Part shown: positions 1 through 9,502 of the stretch, piece after piece
Layout of the letters: the number at the start of each line of letters is the position of its first letter
How positions within the stretch are numbered: the stretch's first letter is position 1
Origin: Candidatus Sigynarchaeum calidifontis
GTDB taxonomy: Archaea > Asgardarchaeota > Lokiarchaeia > Sigyniarchaeales > Sigyniarchaeaceae
Length of the DNA stretch: 31,155 nt
Assembly: GCA_030587475.2 (NCBI GenBank)
Contig: JAUQYZ020000031.1
Span: 1 to 31,155 of the forward strand
Direction: 5' to 3'
The notes under the pieces: generated by a model
The model's input: the letters and a program-made list of their open reading frames with translations, nothing else
Databases searched by the model: none
Told to the model about the DNA's origin: nothing
Made by a program: the position numbers and the translations under genes

Positions 1-1
1 A

Positions 2-883
2 CGCAGCGTTTTCGAGTTTTTCGCACGATTCCACGAATTTCTTTATCGCTTCAAGATTTTGATTGGCGTGGTAGATGTCATCGTTGAAAAATGCATCGAT
101 GCTTGTTTTGAAAATTCGTATTGCCGTTTTTCCCGCGTTCGTGATAATGTCGAGGATCCCGCGATCAATTTCCTTTGGAATCAAGGCAAGGTTGTTCCGC
201 GCGATGCGCACCGCATGGTCACCAAGGCTTTCAATGATGCGCGTTATGATGGTAAAGTTTGCATCCTGCTTCTCGCCTTCTTGTACTTGTTCGGAGAGAA
301 GCAAGTCGCGCTGGAGTATATTATGCTGGCGCAAGATCAGCCAGTGGATGCGATTTACCTCCGCATCGCGGGTGATAACTTCCCTGGATAGCCGTTCGTC
401 CTTTTTTTCGATTGCTTGGAAGATGTCTTCGAGCTGGGTAATCACGAGATTTCCCAAGCGCTCGATCCAGTCGTTGAAACGCGTCTCGGAAGGATTCAAG
501 AGATCCTTGATGGATAGGCTTTCATGTGTCTCCTCCATTATCTCGAGTCCGATAGCATCGCGGATGAACTTTCTCGCTGTTTCCTTGATATCTGGCGATA
601 TACGTTCTTTCGAGGTGATATAGATAATGTTATAACCCATGATGTATGCTCCGACGAGCAACCGATAAAAAAAGTCCATGTTTACGATGTTGTCGACCTT
701 GATCTCTTTCTCTTTCTTTCTATGTCCCTTCTCGAGGTACGGAACGACGAGGAGCGTGCCATCTTTCCGTGATATCAAGCCGACCTTCGATTGCTCCTTT
801 AAATTGTTACCAGTGACCCAATCCTTTGGCAAGCTGACGATGAACGATGAGCCCCCCGTCTTCTGGATTTTTCGGATCTCCAT
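2..883 (-). CDS. phoU: Archaeal phosphate uptake regulator PhoU (N-terminal AbrB/SpoVT domain + PhoU domain), 3' end runs off window
   Basis: Manual minus-strand translation (absent from ORF track because it has no stop in the window): MEIRKIQKTGGSSFIVSLPKDW...RLLVGAYIMGY...IGLEIMEE...RDAEVNRIHWLILRQ...RIIESLGDHAVRIA. Alternative in-frame ATG at 895. Confidence 0.9.
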   Translation of the reverse strand, partial: MEIRKIQKTGGSSFIVSLPKDWVTGNNLKEQSKVGLISRKDGTLLVVPYLEKGHRKKEKEIKVDNIVNMDFFYRLLVGAYIMGYNIIYITSKERISPDIKETARKFIRDAIGLEIMEETHESLSIKDLLNPSETRFNDWIERLGNLVITQLEDIFQAIEKKDERLSREVITRDAEVNRIHWLILRQHNILQRDLLLSEQVQEGEKQDANFTIITRIIESLGDHAVRIARNNLALIPKEIDRGILDIITNAGKTAIRIFKTSIDAFFNDDIYHANQNLEAIKKFVESCEKLENAA

Positions 884-1074
884 AGATACGGGCATGAGAA
901 AGCGAAAATAAATGATCTCGCCATAACCAACATAGCCGTATATAGATTATGGAAATAATTTTAGCGCCCATGGATCCATTCGATCGCATCCCCGGGCTGA
1001 ATGCCAACCTTTATGTGGTTCCAGCAATGGGATCCGATCAACAATCGTATGCCATATGGTTCCTGGTTATAACC

Positions 1075-1797
1075 ATGCTCAAGGATCCAGCAGTGTTCGT
1101 GTTCGACGTGGACGGGTGCCTCTTGGACTCGATCAACTATTTCGCGTCCTTCGTGCCTTCTGTCTATGAGAAGTTCGGCATAAAACCCAGTCCAGAGACC
1201 ATCGCGAAGCTGCGGTCGGATATCCTCGGGCTGTTGTCGGGAAAATCGTCGCGCATCTTGATCGCGAGGCTCATCCTCCATGGTGCCAAGTCGATGGGCC
1301 TCAACGCCATGCAGCGGCTGCGGTTCCTCGTGTACCTGCAGCGGATCTACAAGCAGAACATCACGGGGGTCGGGTACATCCCCGGGGCGCTGGAGACCAT
1401 CAAGGGATTGAAAGCGGCGGGATACAAGGTCGCCTTGTTCACGACGGGGTCGAAGAAAGACTTCAAGATCAAGTTCCGGGACAAGCAAGATCTCGTGCAG
1501 CTGCTCGACGATTACGTGACACGCGACGACGTCAAGCAAATGAAGCCGAGCCCAGAGGGCTTGCTGCTCATCAAGCGACGCCTTGGCATCGTTAACCCGC
1601 GACGCATGGTCATGGTCGGCGACATGCACCACGACATCGAGGCCGGCATCGCTGCCGGCGCGATCACGATCGGCGTGAAGACCGGCGTGTGCACGGACGC
1701 TGAACTGAAAGCCGCGGGTGCATCGCTCGTGCTCGATTCCGTGCAAGATATACTACCCAATCTCGCCCAAATCGAGGCCCTAATGGAACGCTCGTGA
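1075..1797 (+). CDS. HAD-superfamily hydrolase (phosphoglycolate phosphatase-like)
   Basis: Motifs FDVDGCLLDS (I), FTTG (II), KPSP (III), GDMHHD (IV). Start set at ATG 1075 rather than 949. Confidence 0.9.
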   Translation: MLKDPAVFVFDVDGCLLDSINYFASFVPSVYEKFGIKPSPETIAKLRSDILGLLSGKSSRILIARLILHGAKSMGLNAMQRLRFLVYLQRIYKQNITGVGYIPGALETIKGLKAAGYKVALFTTGSKKDFKIKFRDKQDLVQLLDDYVTRDDVKQMKPSPEGLLLIKRRLGIVNPRRMVMVGDMHHDIEAGIAAGAITIGVKTGVCTDAELKAAGASLVLDSVQDILPNLAQIEALMERS

Positions 1798-1864
1798 GAT
1801 ATTCGGCCCAACGGGATGAGGGCTAAAAAGGCATTCAAAAGGGGATTCGATATACCACCCTCAA

Positions 1865-3172
1865 TTATTTTTTCAGCTGCTTGATCTCGGCGATCTGGCC
1901 GTACTTTAGCATGGCATCCACGGCCGCCCGGACGTTCTTGACGGGACAATCCAGCAAGTCATGCGTGAAGCCGGGCACGTAACACGCGTCTTCGGGACTG
2001 AAGACCGCGTCCTTGATGGTTTGTTTCACGTGATCGACGATTTCGTCCGTCGTTTTTGCGAAACTCACGATATTGCTCGCGTCGACGGCGCCGATTAGTA
2101 TGATCTTGTTGCCGAATTTCTCCCGGATGCGTGCCGGCTCGTTGAGCGCAGCGCGCTCGATGGTCTGCCACGCGTCGATGCCCGCCTCGATCCAGTTCGG
2201 GACGAGGCTCTCGCCAAACCCGCAGCTGTGGATGATCACGTGGCCGCCGTGTTTATGCACGAGATCGCATACTTCCTTGTAGAGCGGTACCCAGAATTCC
2301 TTGTGATACGCGGGATCGACGAGGGAGCGACCCTTCTGCCCGCTGTCATCCCAGAACCAGATGAAATCGATCTGCGCGCCGACCTCCTCCGCGAGCTCGT
2401 ACTGCAAAGTGATGTTCTTTTTCACGACCTCCTTGACCTGGCTAAGCCACGTCCGCAGCTTGCCCGGGTACTTGCGGCACATGATCGCGAAGGCCGGCGT
2501 GCCACTCCCCATCCCTTCCCACGTCCCCTCGAACAAGCCGCCGGCGCTGCACATGAGCGCGAAATCCGAGAACCCTTGATCGGAGAAGTCGTTCCAGTGT
2601 TCCTCGTACCATTTCAACTCGCGCTGGAACTGCTTGCGCGCCTCCTCGGGCGGGGCGAACTTGTCGTCCCACGGCTCGCCGTGCTCGGCGTAGAACGCGT
2701 CCCGTACTTCCCACGGCGCGAGGACGGTGCCGTCGTCCTTTACCTGGCGGTTGAAGTAGCCGTTCACGTACCAGCCGTAGTCCTGGCCGTGCATTTGGGT
2801 CCCATGCTCGCTGATCCCCCCCAACCAGCCGATTGTCATGCCAAGCCGCTCCCCCACGACGTTCACGTGGCGTTTCCATTCGGGATGATCCTTGGGCAGC
2901 GGGACGCTGGGGTACCCGCTTGGCCAACCGATGGAAATGTTGTGCCACTCGCTGTTGATCCATTTCTGCATCGTCTTGTCTCCAAAATAAGTGATGCGCA
3001 CGTACTCGTCGGGGAGATCCTCGGTCGCGATGGTTTTTTCCCATTCCTGGAAGAACAAGCCCTGGCTAGGCGTCCCGAGCGAGAGCATCGGGAGCCGGTC
3101 AAGGCCGCCCGTGTCGTGCTCGAACACTGCCTTGAACCGCTCTCTTGCCGTGAATTTTTTTGCCATGGGCAT
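1865..3172 (-). CDS. Uroporphyrinogen decarboxylase (URO-D)/MtaA-CmuA methyltransferase family protein
   Basis: WDDSGQK...P..HKEFWVPLYKE...IIHSCG...GIDAWQTIE...LIGAVD...GFTHDL. Start at 3172 or 3166. Confidence 0.85.
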   Translation of the reverse strand: MPMAKKFTARERFKAVFEHDTGGLDRLPMLSLGTPSQGLFFQEWEKTIATEDLPDEYVRITYFGDKTMQKWINSEWHNISIGWPSGYPSVPLPKDHPEWKRHVNVVGERLGMTIGWLGGISEHGTQMHGQDYGWYVNGYFNRQVKDDGTVLAPWEVRDAFYAEHGEPWDDKFAPPEEARKQFQRELKWYEEHWNDFSDQGFSDFALMCSAGGLFEGTWEGMGSGTPAFAIMCRKYPGKLRTWLSQVKEVVKKNITLQYELAEEVGAQIDFIWFWDDSGQKGRSLVDPAYHKEFWVPLYKEVCDLVHKHGGHVIIHSCGFGESLVPNWIEAGIDAWQTIERAALNEPARIREKFGNKIILIGAVDASNIVSFAKTTDEIVDHVKQTIKDAVFSPEDACYVPGFTHDLLDCPVKNVRAAVDAMLKYGQIAEIKQLKK

Positions 3173-3315
3173 CCCGTCGGATCCTCGATTAAAGAATACT
3201 TAGTGCGATTTTTGGCTATCCCGCGATGCCAATGATCGGCCCTCCGCACCTTATTACCCCGTCGCTTCCAGGTCATCTTATCTACTCGCATTTGCTCCAA
3301 CGAAGGTGGAACGCC

Positions 3316-3816
3316 GTGAACGTATGGATCGTCTACGATTCGAAATACGGGAATAACAAGCAAATCGCCGAGGCTCTCGCGGGCCTCTTCAAGGAAGGGA
3401 ACGAAGTGCACGTGCACCATGCCAAGGACGTGTCGCCGAAGGAAGCTGCCGAATCCAAGCCCGACATCTTGCTCTTCGGTGGTCCTCCGCGTGCAGGGAT
3501 GATCTCGTTTACCATCAAAGGATGGGCGCGCAAGTTCGCCAGCGCCCTCAAGTCGAAAGGGTTGCAGCTCAAGAAAGCAGCCGTCTGGGGCACCCATGCC
3601 GTCAACAACGAGGAAACACCGCCCAAGTTCGCCTGGCCCAGCATCGAGCCAAAGTGGAAGGCGTTGTTGGCCGAGATGCCCGCAGCGAAATCGATGCCTG
3701 GCGTTCTGGGTATCAACATCATGGACAAGGAAGGTGGAGGGGGACTAGGCGGGATCCTGGAGGCGGGCTGGAAGGATCTCGTCGCCTCTTTTGCCGAAGG
3801 CGTGAAGACCTTGTAA
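3316..3816 (+). CDS. Flavodoxin family protein
   Basis: IVYDSKYGNNKQIAE FMN-phosphate loop, LLFGGP, AVWGT. GTG start preceded by AAGGTGG. Confidence 0.85.
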   Translation: MNVWIVYDSKYGNNKQIAEALAGLFKEGNEVHVHHAKDVSPKEAAESKPDILLFGGPPRAGMISFTIKGWARKFASALKSKGLQLKKAAVWGTHAVNNEETPPKFAWPSIEPKWKALLAEMPAAKSMPGVLGINIMDKEGGGGLGGILEAGWKDLVASFAEGVKTL

Positions 3817-4021
3817 GTCCCGCCGCGCCGGTTCTGCTACATTCTTTCTTCTCTCATTTCAAGCAATATTAAGGCTACACAGCGTCGTTCACCCATCGAT
3901 CGACACGATCTTGTTGGAAAAGCCGGCCGGCATCCCGCACGGGAATACATTGGGGACCATGCTCGCGGCCAGGAGCAAGTGCGCCTCGAGCTTCAAGGGC
4001 TCCAATCCTCAGGCTTGGCTC

Positions 4022-4843
4022 TTACATCTTCCGGATCAAGCCATCGAGCACGCTGTCTGGCAAGTGGGTCATGAGATATCCCATGAGCCGCGACTTGTTG
4101 ACCGGGTACCGTGCCTTCGGTTTCTGCACGTGGAGCGCGGCGACGACCTTGTCGGCGACTTGCCTGGGTTCGAGCCCCTTTTCGATCGCCTTCTTGATGC
4201 CGTACTCGACGACGCGCACCGCCCGTTCGCGGAAAAATGGACTAACCGATGGACCAATCTCGGCGATCATTCCCTTTGCCTTGTCCCAGAGCGGCGTCTT
4301 CACGTCGCCTGGCTCGATGATGGAGACGTGCATCCCGAGCGGGTCGAGTTCCCGGCGCAGCGCGTCGGCGTATCCTTCAATCGCTCGCTTGGTCATGCTA
4401 TAAGGCCCGACGAAGGGCGCGGTGAAATGCCCGCTAATGGATCCCATTATCACGATTCGTCCTTTGGTCTCGAGTAACAAGGGAAAGAACGCCTTCGTGA
4501 CACGGAACACGCCAAAGACGTTCACGTCGAACTGTTTTTGCAAGACCTCGTCCCGCAACTCGACCAGCGGGCCCCCGAGAGCGATGCCCGCGTTGTTGAC
4601 GAGGCCATCCAGCTGCCACCCGCTCTGGCGGACGGTCTCGACGGCTTTATCGATGTCGGATTGCTTCGTGATATCCATGACGACGGTCTTAACGCCGTCA
4701 CGTCCTTCCAGATCCTTGAGCGCGTTTGCATTCATGTCGCACGCGATGACACGGTCACCACGTTCCAGGAGCACGTCCACGATGCACCGGCCGATACCGG
4801 ATGCCGCGCCCGTCACGAGCACTGTCTTCGGTTTCACGACCAT
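4022..4843 (-). CDS. Short-chain dehydrogenase/reductase (SDR)
   Basis: TGAASGIG, NNAG, catalytic S...YSMTK, IEPG. Real start at ATG 4843; the upstream part of the 429-aa ORF overlaps the next gene. Confidence 0.92.
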   Translation of the reverse strand: MVVKPKTVLVTGAASGIGRCIVDVLLERGDRVIACDMNANALKDLEGRDGVKTVVMDITKQSDIDKAVETVRQSGWQLDGLVNNAGIALGGPLVELRDEVLQKQFDVNVFGVFRVTKAFFPLLLETKGRIVIMGSISGHFTAPFVGPYSMTKRAIEGYADALRRELDPLGMHVSIIEPGDVKTPLWDKAKGMIAEIGPSVSPFFRERAVRVVEYGIKKAIEKGLEPRQVADKVVAALHVQKPKARYPVNKSRLMGYLMTHLPDSVLDGLIRKM

Positions 4844-4902
4844 CCTACATCCGAGATATTTTCGAGTTTGCATCGAGGTTGGTTCATGGCCTTTAATACG
4901 TT

Positions 4903-5682
4903 TCACCGCTCGTGGCTTTCTTGGGCGATGAATGCCGCCCCCAGTGCCCCGATGATCTGGGGATCCACGGGCAAGGTGGTGAACTTGATGCCCAGGATGC
5001 GCTCCAGGTTCTGCACGACGCTCTTGTTTTTTGCCACGCCCCCGGTCACGGCCATCTTCTCGCGCAGCACCAATTTCCTGGCCAGCGTCGCCGTCCGCTC
5101 GGCCATGGCGCTGTTGATACCGGCGGCGATGTCTTCCTTTTTTGACTTCTGGCTGATGAGTTGCAAGACCTCCGCTTGGGCATAGATGCTGCAAATGGAC
5201 GTCAGCTGGATAGGCGTGCGAGCTTTCAGCGAGATGGTGCCGAGCTCGTCCAGCGTGAGGCCCAGGAGGTCGGCCATGAGCTCGAGATAGCGCCCGGTCC
5301 CGGCCGCGCATTTCTCGTTCATTATGAAATCCTTGAGGTTTCCCGTGTCATCGAGCGTGATGACCTTGCAGTCCTGCCCGCCCACGTCGATGATGGTGCG
5401 GATCGCGCGATCGCACGAGTAAGCCCCTTTGCCGTGGCAAGAGATCTCGCTGAGGGTCTTGTTGGCAAATGGTATCTTTTCCCGCCCGTACCCCGTGCCC
5501 ACGCAAAATGCGATGTCGCCCGGCGTGAGATTGATCTGCGCCAGTGCTTGTCGATACACTTCCTCGGATGTCTGGACCGGGTTTCGCTTCACGTGCACGA
5601 CCTTGCTCGAAAGTATTCGCCCGTCCTCGATGATGACCGCCTTGCCCGTGAGAGACCCGATGTCGATGCCCGCGTACTTCAT
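4903..5682 (-). CDS. ATP-dependent CoA-enzyme activase, BadF/BcrA/BzdQ/HgdC family
   Basis: GIDIGSLTGK, GTGYGR, EISCHGKGA, IDVGGQDCK, MNEKCAAGTGRYLE, SICSIYA, TGGVAKN. Confidence 0.92.
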   Translation of the reverse strand: MKYAGIDIGSLTGKAVIIEDGRILSSKVVHVKRNPVQTSEEVYRQALAQINLTPGDIAFCVGTGYGREKIPFANKTLSEISCHGKGAYSCDRAIRTIIDVGGQDCKVITLDDTGNLKDFIMNEKCAAGTGRYLELMADLLGLTLDELGTISLKARTPIQLTSICSIYAQAEVLQLISQKSKKEDIAAGINSAMAERTATLARKLVLREKMAVTGGVAKNKSVVQNLERILGIKFTTLPVDPQIIGALGAAFIAQESHER

Positions 5683-5689
5683 GCCTTGC

Positions 5690-6466
5690 TCACGCCCCTT
5701 CCAGCGCGATCGTGGCCGCCCCGAACGCGCTCACGAACTGTGGATCCAGCGGGCACGCGGCCATCTTCATGCCAAGGTGTTCTTCTAAGGCCTGGATCAC
5801 CTTCACGTTCTTGCCGACCCCGCCCGTGATGACGACGTCCCGTTCCACGCCTACCTTCGCCATGAGGGGGATCAAGCGCCCTACCACCGAGATGCAAGCA
5901 CCCGCCGCTATGTCCGGTATGGGCACGCCCTCGTTCATCAAGTAGATGACTTCGGATTCCGCGAAGATGCTACATTGCGATGTCACGGGCACCGGGTTCT
6001 TGGCCGAGAGCGCAACGGCTCCGATCTCGTCGATCGACAAGTCCAAGGACTTGCAGACGAGCTCCAGGAACATGCCTGCTCCAGCAGCGCACTTGTCGTT
6101 GGTTTGATAATCCACGATGCGCCCGCGGGCATCCATGCGGATGACCTTGTTCGTGAAGCTGCCCGTATCGATGGCTGTTCTCGTGGACGGCGCGAGGGCG
6201 AATGCCCCGGCCCCGAGGCACTTCAAGTCGGATTCGCGCCGGTCTTTTCCAGACACATGCGCGCAGTTCCGTCCCGTGAGGAGAATGCGCGTGATGGCTT
6301 TCCGCTTTGCCTTTAAAACCTTCAACACCCCGTCCAGGCAAGCATCGACGGCACCATCGGGATTGCCGCCGACCGGCTGCATGCTGGTCGCGAGGACGTT
6401 CCTGGAGTCGTCGATGACTAATGCCTTGCACGTGGTCGATCCGACGTCGATCCCGCAATAAAGCAT
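5690..6466 (-). CDS. Second, divergent activase subunit (BcrD/BzdP-like)
   Basis: GIDVGSTTCK, NDKCAAGAGMFLE, SQCSIFAESEV, TGGVGKN, but degenerate LTGRN and IDTGSFTNK. GGGAGG upstream of ATG 6466. Confidence 0.88.
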   Translation of the reverse strand: MLYCGIDVGSTTCKALVIDDSRNVLATSMQPVGGNPDGAVDACLDGVLKVLKAKRKAITRILLTGRNCAHVSGKDRRESDLKCLGAGAFALAPSTRTAIDTGSFTNKVIRMDARGRIVDYQTNDKCAAGAGMFLELVCKSLDLSIDEIGAVALSAKNPVPVTSQCSIFAESEVIYLMNEGVPIPDIAAGACISVVGRLIPLMAKVGVERDVVITGGVGKNVKVIQALEEHLGMKMAACPLDPQFVSAFGAATIALEGA

Positions 6467-6488
6467 GGTTCTAGCCTCCCTCAAGGCT

Positions 6489-7796
6489 CTACAAGAGAGT
6501 CTTCGAAAACTCTTCGATTTTTTTCTTGATGGTCTCCGCCGGAGTCATCCGCTTGTCACCGATATCGAGCTCGATCGTGAGCATCGGGATTCCCACCTCG
6601 TCACGAAGAACCTCACGAATCATCTGCACCACGCCAACGGATTGCTTGCAACCGATGTGAACGGAGAATATCGCGCAGTCCGCCTTGAATTTCTTTGCAA
6701 GAAACACGGAATCCTCGAGAAAAAAGTCCACGAATCCCTCGCTCTGTCGCGTCATGGGATATTCCATGGACTGGCGAGCGAGCCCGTCGAACATCTCGTC
6801 CACGCTTGCCGTCGGGGGAATAGGATCGAAGAAGAAATAATTGAACAAGTCACTCACGTTGACCATGCCGATCTCGCGGTCCATCCACTCGCAGAGACCC
6901 ACGTCGAAGAAAACACTCATGTACGGGAAGAAGGCCCGTATTTTTTCCTCAACACCAGGGGGTCCCACGTGCTTTTTCACCCGCTCCTTGGCCACGTCGC
7001 GGACATCGCGATAGAAATTTTCCTTTTCTGGGCGGCCCGCGAAGAAATTCTGGGCACACGAACCGAGAGGGTTGAGCATTGACTCGGTGGGGCATGGAAC
7101 GGCCGCCCGGAGGTCGTTGACCTCGGCAAGGTACTCGATGGCCTTGGAGCTGTGGCCAATCGCCTTGCGCATTCCCTCGAAATTCGGTTCCTGGCCGATG
7201 ATGCTGCCCACTTTCTTTACCATGTTTTTTAACTCGGTCGCGAAATAGCTGTATCCCCGCTTGTCGTGGTAAGTCGGCATGTCCGCGACGGCGGTGGGCA
7301 CCTTCTTGACCTCGGAGAAGAAGGAATAGCTGGCCATCGTGTTGTCGCATGGGGCCGTGGGAACCGCGATGGCATCCACGTCGAAAAAATCGTCCTTGAG
7401 TGCCATCCCGATGACCCCCTTCTGGGCCGAGCACGTGTGGTACGGGTGTCCAAAGGAATTGGCGAGGTCATAAAAAGGTTCTGCGCCTTCAGTAAAAAGA
7501 GCCGATGGGAGGTACGAGATGGCCTCGAAACACAGCGGGGCGCAATCGAACGCGAAGAACAGCTCCGAGGGGAACGCGAAGTGGGTTCCGATGAGCGGCA
7601 GCCCCTTGCGTGTCTTGGCCATTATGTCCTCCAAGGACGACTTGAGAGCCTTCAAGAACGATCGGAACATGGGCATCTCGTGCTTGGGGATGGCCCCGTC
7701 AACGAGTTCCCACGTGTTCGTCACGCCCTCGTGTAGGATCTCGATGGGCTTGATCGGCTTCGGCGCGCGTGGCGCTCTCGTCGTGGTCTCTTGCAC
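6489..7796 (-). CDS. 2-hydroxyacyl-CoA dehydratase / benzoyl-CoA reductase subunit (HgdA/BcrB/BzdO-like)
   Basis: TCSAQKG, PTAPCDN, DMP, HIGCKQ, GIPMLTIELDIGD. Confidence 0.88.
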   Translation of the reverse strand: MQETTTRAPRAPKPIKPIEILHEGVTNTWELVDGAIPKHEMPMFRSFLKALKSSLEDIMAKTRKGLPLIGTHFAFPSELFFAFDCAPLCFEAISYLPSALFTEGAEPFYDLANSFGHPYHTCSAQKGVIGMALKDDFFDVDAIAVPTAPCDNTMASYSFFSEVKKVPTAVADMPTYHDKRGYSYFATELKNMVKKVGSIIGQEPNFEGMRKAIGHSSKAIEYLAEVNDLRAAVPCPTESMLNPLGSCAQNFFAGRPEKENFYRDVRDVAKERVKKHVGPPGVEEKIRAFFPYMSVFFDVGLCEWMDREIGMVNVSDLFNYFFFDPIPPTASVDEMFDGLARQSMEYPMTRQSEGFVDFFLEDSVFLAKKFKADCAIFSVHIGCKQSVGVVQMIREVLRDEVGIPMLTIELDIGDKRMTPAETIKKKIEEFSKTLL

Positions 7797-7802
7797 GCGT
7801 CA

Positions 7803-8936
7803 TCATCCTATTTTTTCCAGGAATGCTTCCACCCGGGTCTTGAACCGTCCCGTGTCGCCGAGGGAATACTCGCGGTCGAGGCTCAAGACGGGCACGCCTG
7901 CGTCCTCAAGGACGTGCTGGAGCATCATGTTCGAGCACCCGTGGAGATCGCAAAATTCCATCCTCTCGAATATCACGCCGTCCACGCGCGCATCGCGGAC
8001 TTGATCTTGGATGTAATTCAACCGCCCGGCGTGCCCACCCATTATCCTTGGGCACAAGCTCCGCTCGTAGCACAAGTTCACCAGTTCCTCCAAAGGATCG
8101 GCCGATGAATCCCCCTTCCTATTGCCCGTGTCCGCGTTCCAGAACGACCGGGTACCGAGGCACAGCGAGTCGGCCACGACGACGGCTCCCGCGTGCTCGA
8201 GGATCCCGATGAAGTCCGGGTTGTCGACAAAGCTTCCCGCGACCATTAGGCGCGCCCGGGCGTTCTTGATCGGTGGCCGGGCTTCGATGGCGGTCACGAG
8301 CTTGGCCAGCTGCTCGTTGGCATACTCCTTGCGCACGGAACTGTTCGCAACTGCGATCTTGATGAATTCCGTCCCGCTGATCCCGGGCTCGTCCCGCTGG
8401 CGAATTTCGTGGATTTTTTTCATCAATCGGGCATTCTCGCGGTACACGGCGATGCTATCCTTTAACCCTGCTGTCGTGATAGAAACCTTGTATGCCTTCG
8501 AGATGTGCTCGACGAACCGCTCGATCTCGCCCCTCGCCCACGCGCGCCCCTCCTCGGAGAACACGTGGGGGAAGGATAAGAAAAACCGCGGCTCGAAGGC
8601 AAGCTTCTTGCCGAAGATATCGTACATGCGGCGGATGTGATCGCAAGTGTTGCCCACGACCAAGCCGTCGAGGAAATCATAACGTCCCCCCATGGCCAGG
8701 TTGAGGACAGACCGGACGAACGTGCAGTTGAAGCGGGACAGGATGGCATCGGATAGCGTGTAGTCCTGGTTGGTCGTGCCGCGCATGCGGAAGGGGAGCA
8801 TCCCTGCCGCGTGGATGACCTGCTCGGGCATGTCCATGCAAAAAAACCCTACGACCTTGCCACCCTTTGCTTTCCACTCGGCAACGTGGGCATTCTTGAG
8901 GTCCTTCGCGAACTCGATGAATTCAGCATTCAGCAT
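7803..8936 (-). CDS. 2-hydroxyacyl-CoA dehydratase / benzoyl-CoA reductase subunit (HgdB/BcrC/BzdN-like)
   Basis: WKAKGGKVVGFFC...PEQVIHAAGMLP, NCTFVRS, NTCDHIRR, DSLCLGTR, FCDLHG, TRVEAFLE. Confidence 0.9.
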   Translation of the reverse strand: MLNAEFIEFAKDLKNAHVAEWKAKGGKVVGFFCMDMPEQVIHAAGMLPFRMRGTTNQDYTLSDAILSRFNCTFVRSVLNLAMGGRYDFLDGLVVGNTCDHIRRMYDIFGKKLAFEPRFFLSFPHVFSEEGRAWARGEIERFVEHISKAYKVSITTAGLKDSIAVYRENARLMKKIHEIRQRDEPGISGTEFIKIAVANSSVRKEYANEQLAKLVTAIEARPPIKNARARLMVAGSFVDNPDFIGILEHAGAVVVADSLCLGTRSFWNADTGNRKGDSSADPLEELVNLCYERSLCPRIMGGHAGRLNYIQDQVRDARVDGVIFERMEFCDLHGCSNMMLQHVLEDAGVPVLSLDREYSLGDTGRFKTRVEAFLEKIG

Positions 8937-8946
8937 GATTTGCCCC

Positions 8947-9408
8947 TCATCCTCCTGACCCCGACCGCAGCCGCTTTTCTTCCGCGTACATGGGATGGGC
9001 ACCGACCATCAATGCCATGATGATCTTCAAGGCGGTGGCCATCGATCCTTTCAACTTCACTTTTCCGGTCAGCACGTATTTGAACACTAGCTTACAAAGG
9101 CCTGACACATTAGCTTTCGTCCGGATCACGTCGACGATGAGGGGCACGATGGCATCTCGCGGGACGTTAAACACGATTTGAGCTGCCGCATGGTCAGACT
9201 TGTTCATGAATGGAAGGATGTGGCAGTTCGAGACCTTCCAGGTGACGGCTCGATCCCCGAGAGACGGGAACACGGCCAACACTTCAGCGCCGTCGATCTT
9301 GGCGAGAGCTTGCATTTGTTGTTTCTGTCCAAAGATATCCGTCAAGAGCTGGAACAGCCGGCCGAGGCTCGACACCCTTGCCTCGTCGCGAAGGTCTTGG
9401 TCATTCAA
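8947..9408 (-). CDS. SCP2 (sterol carrier protein 2)-like lipid/acyl-CoA-binding protein
   Basis: C-terminal LTGKVKLKGSMATALKI matches the SCP2 signature. Start uncertain: TTG 9408 (fits a TATA-like element at ~9432-9439) or ATG 9495. Confidence 0.6.
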   Translation of the reverse strand: MNDQDLRDEARVSSLGRLFQLLTDIFGQKQQMQALAKIDGAEVLAVFPSLGDRAVTWKVSNCHILPFMNKSDHAAAQIVFNVPRDAIVPLIVDVIRTKANVSGLCKLVFKYVLTGKVKLKGSMATALKIIMALMVGAHPMYAEEKRLRSGSGG

Positions 9409-9427
9409 CGTGGTTTTGAATTGGACC

Positions 9428-9502
9428 TTCAATATATATGAAAATTCACTTTCGACACCCCCCTTTATTAACCTCTCGTTGAACAATGTTGTCATATGAC
9501 AA
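9428..9502. promoter_or_regulatory. Divergent promoter region with two TATA-like boxes and a perfect 14-bp palindrome TTGTCATATGACAA (9489-9502)
   Basis: TATATATT on - strand (~9432-9439). TTTATTAA on + strand (9464-9471), ~25 nt before ATG 9496. The palindrome overlaps that ATG. Confidence 0.55.

Noticed and set aside
59-911. Plus-strand ORFs 59-391, 75-623, 524-772 and 678-911
   Set aside because: Antisense shadows of the minus-strand phoU gene.
2228-3235. Long antisense ORFs (e.g. 2228-3235, 11366-11983, 24858-25985, 28024-28551)
   Set aside because: They lie opposite well-supported genes, have no motifs, and are expected in GC-rich coding DNA.
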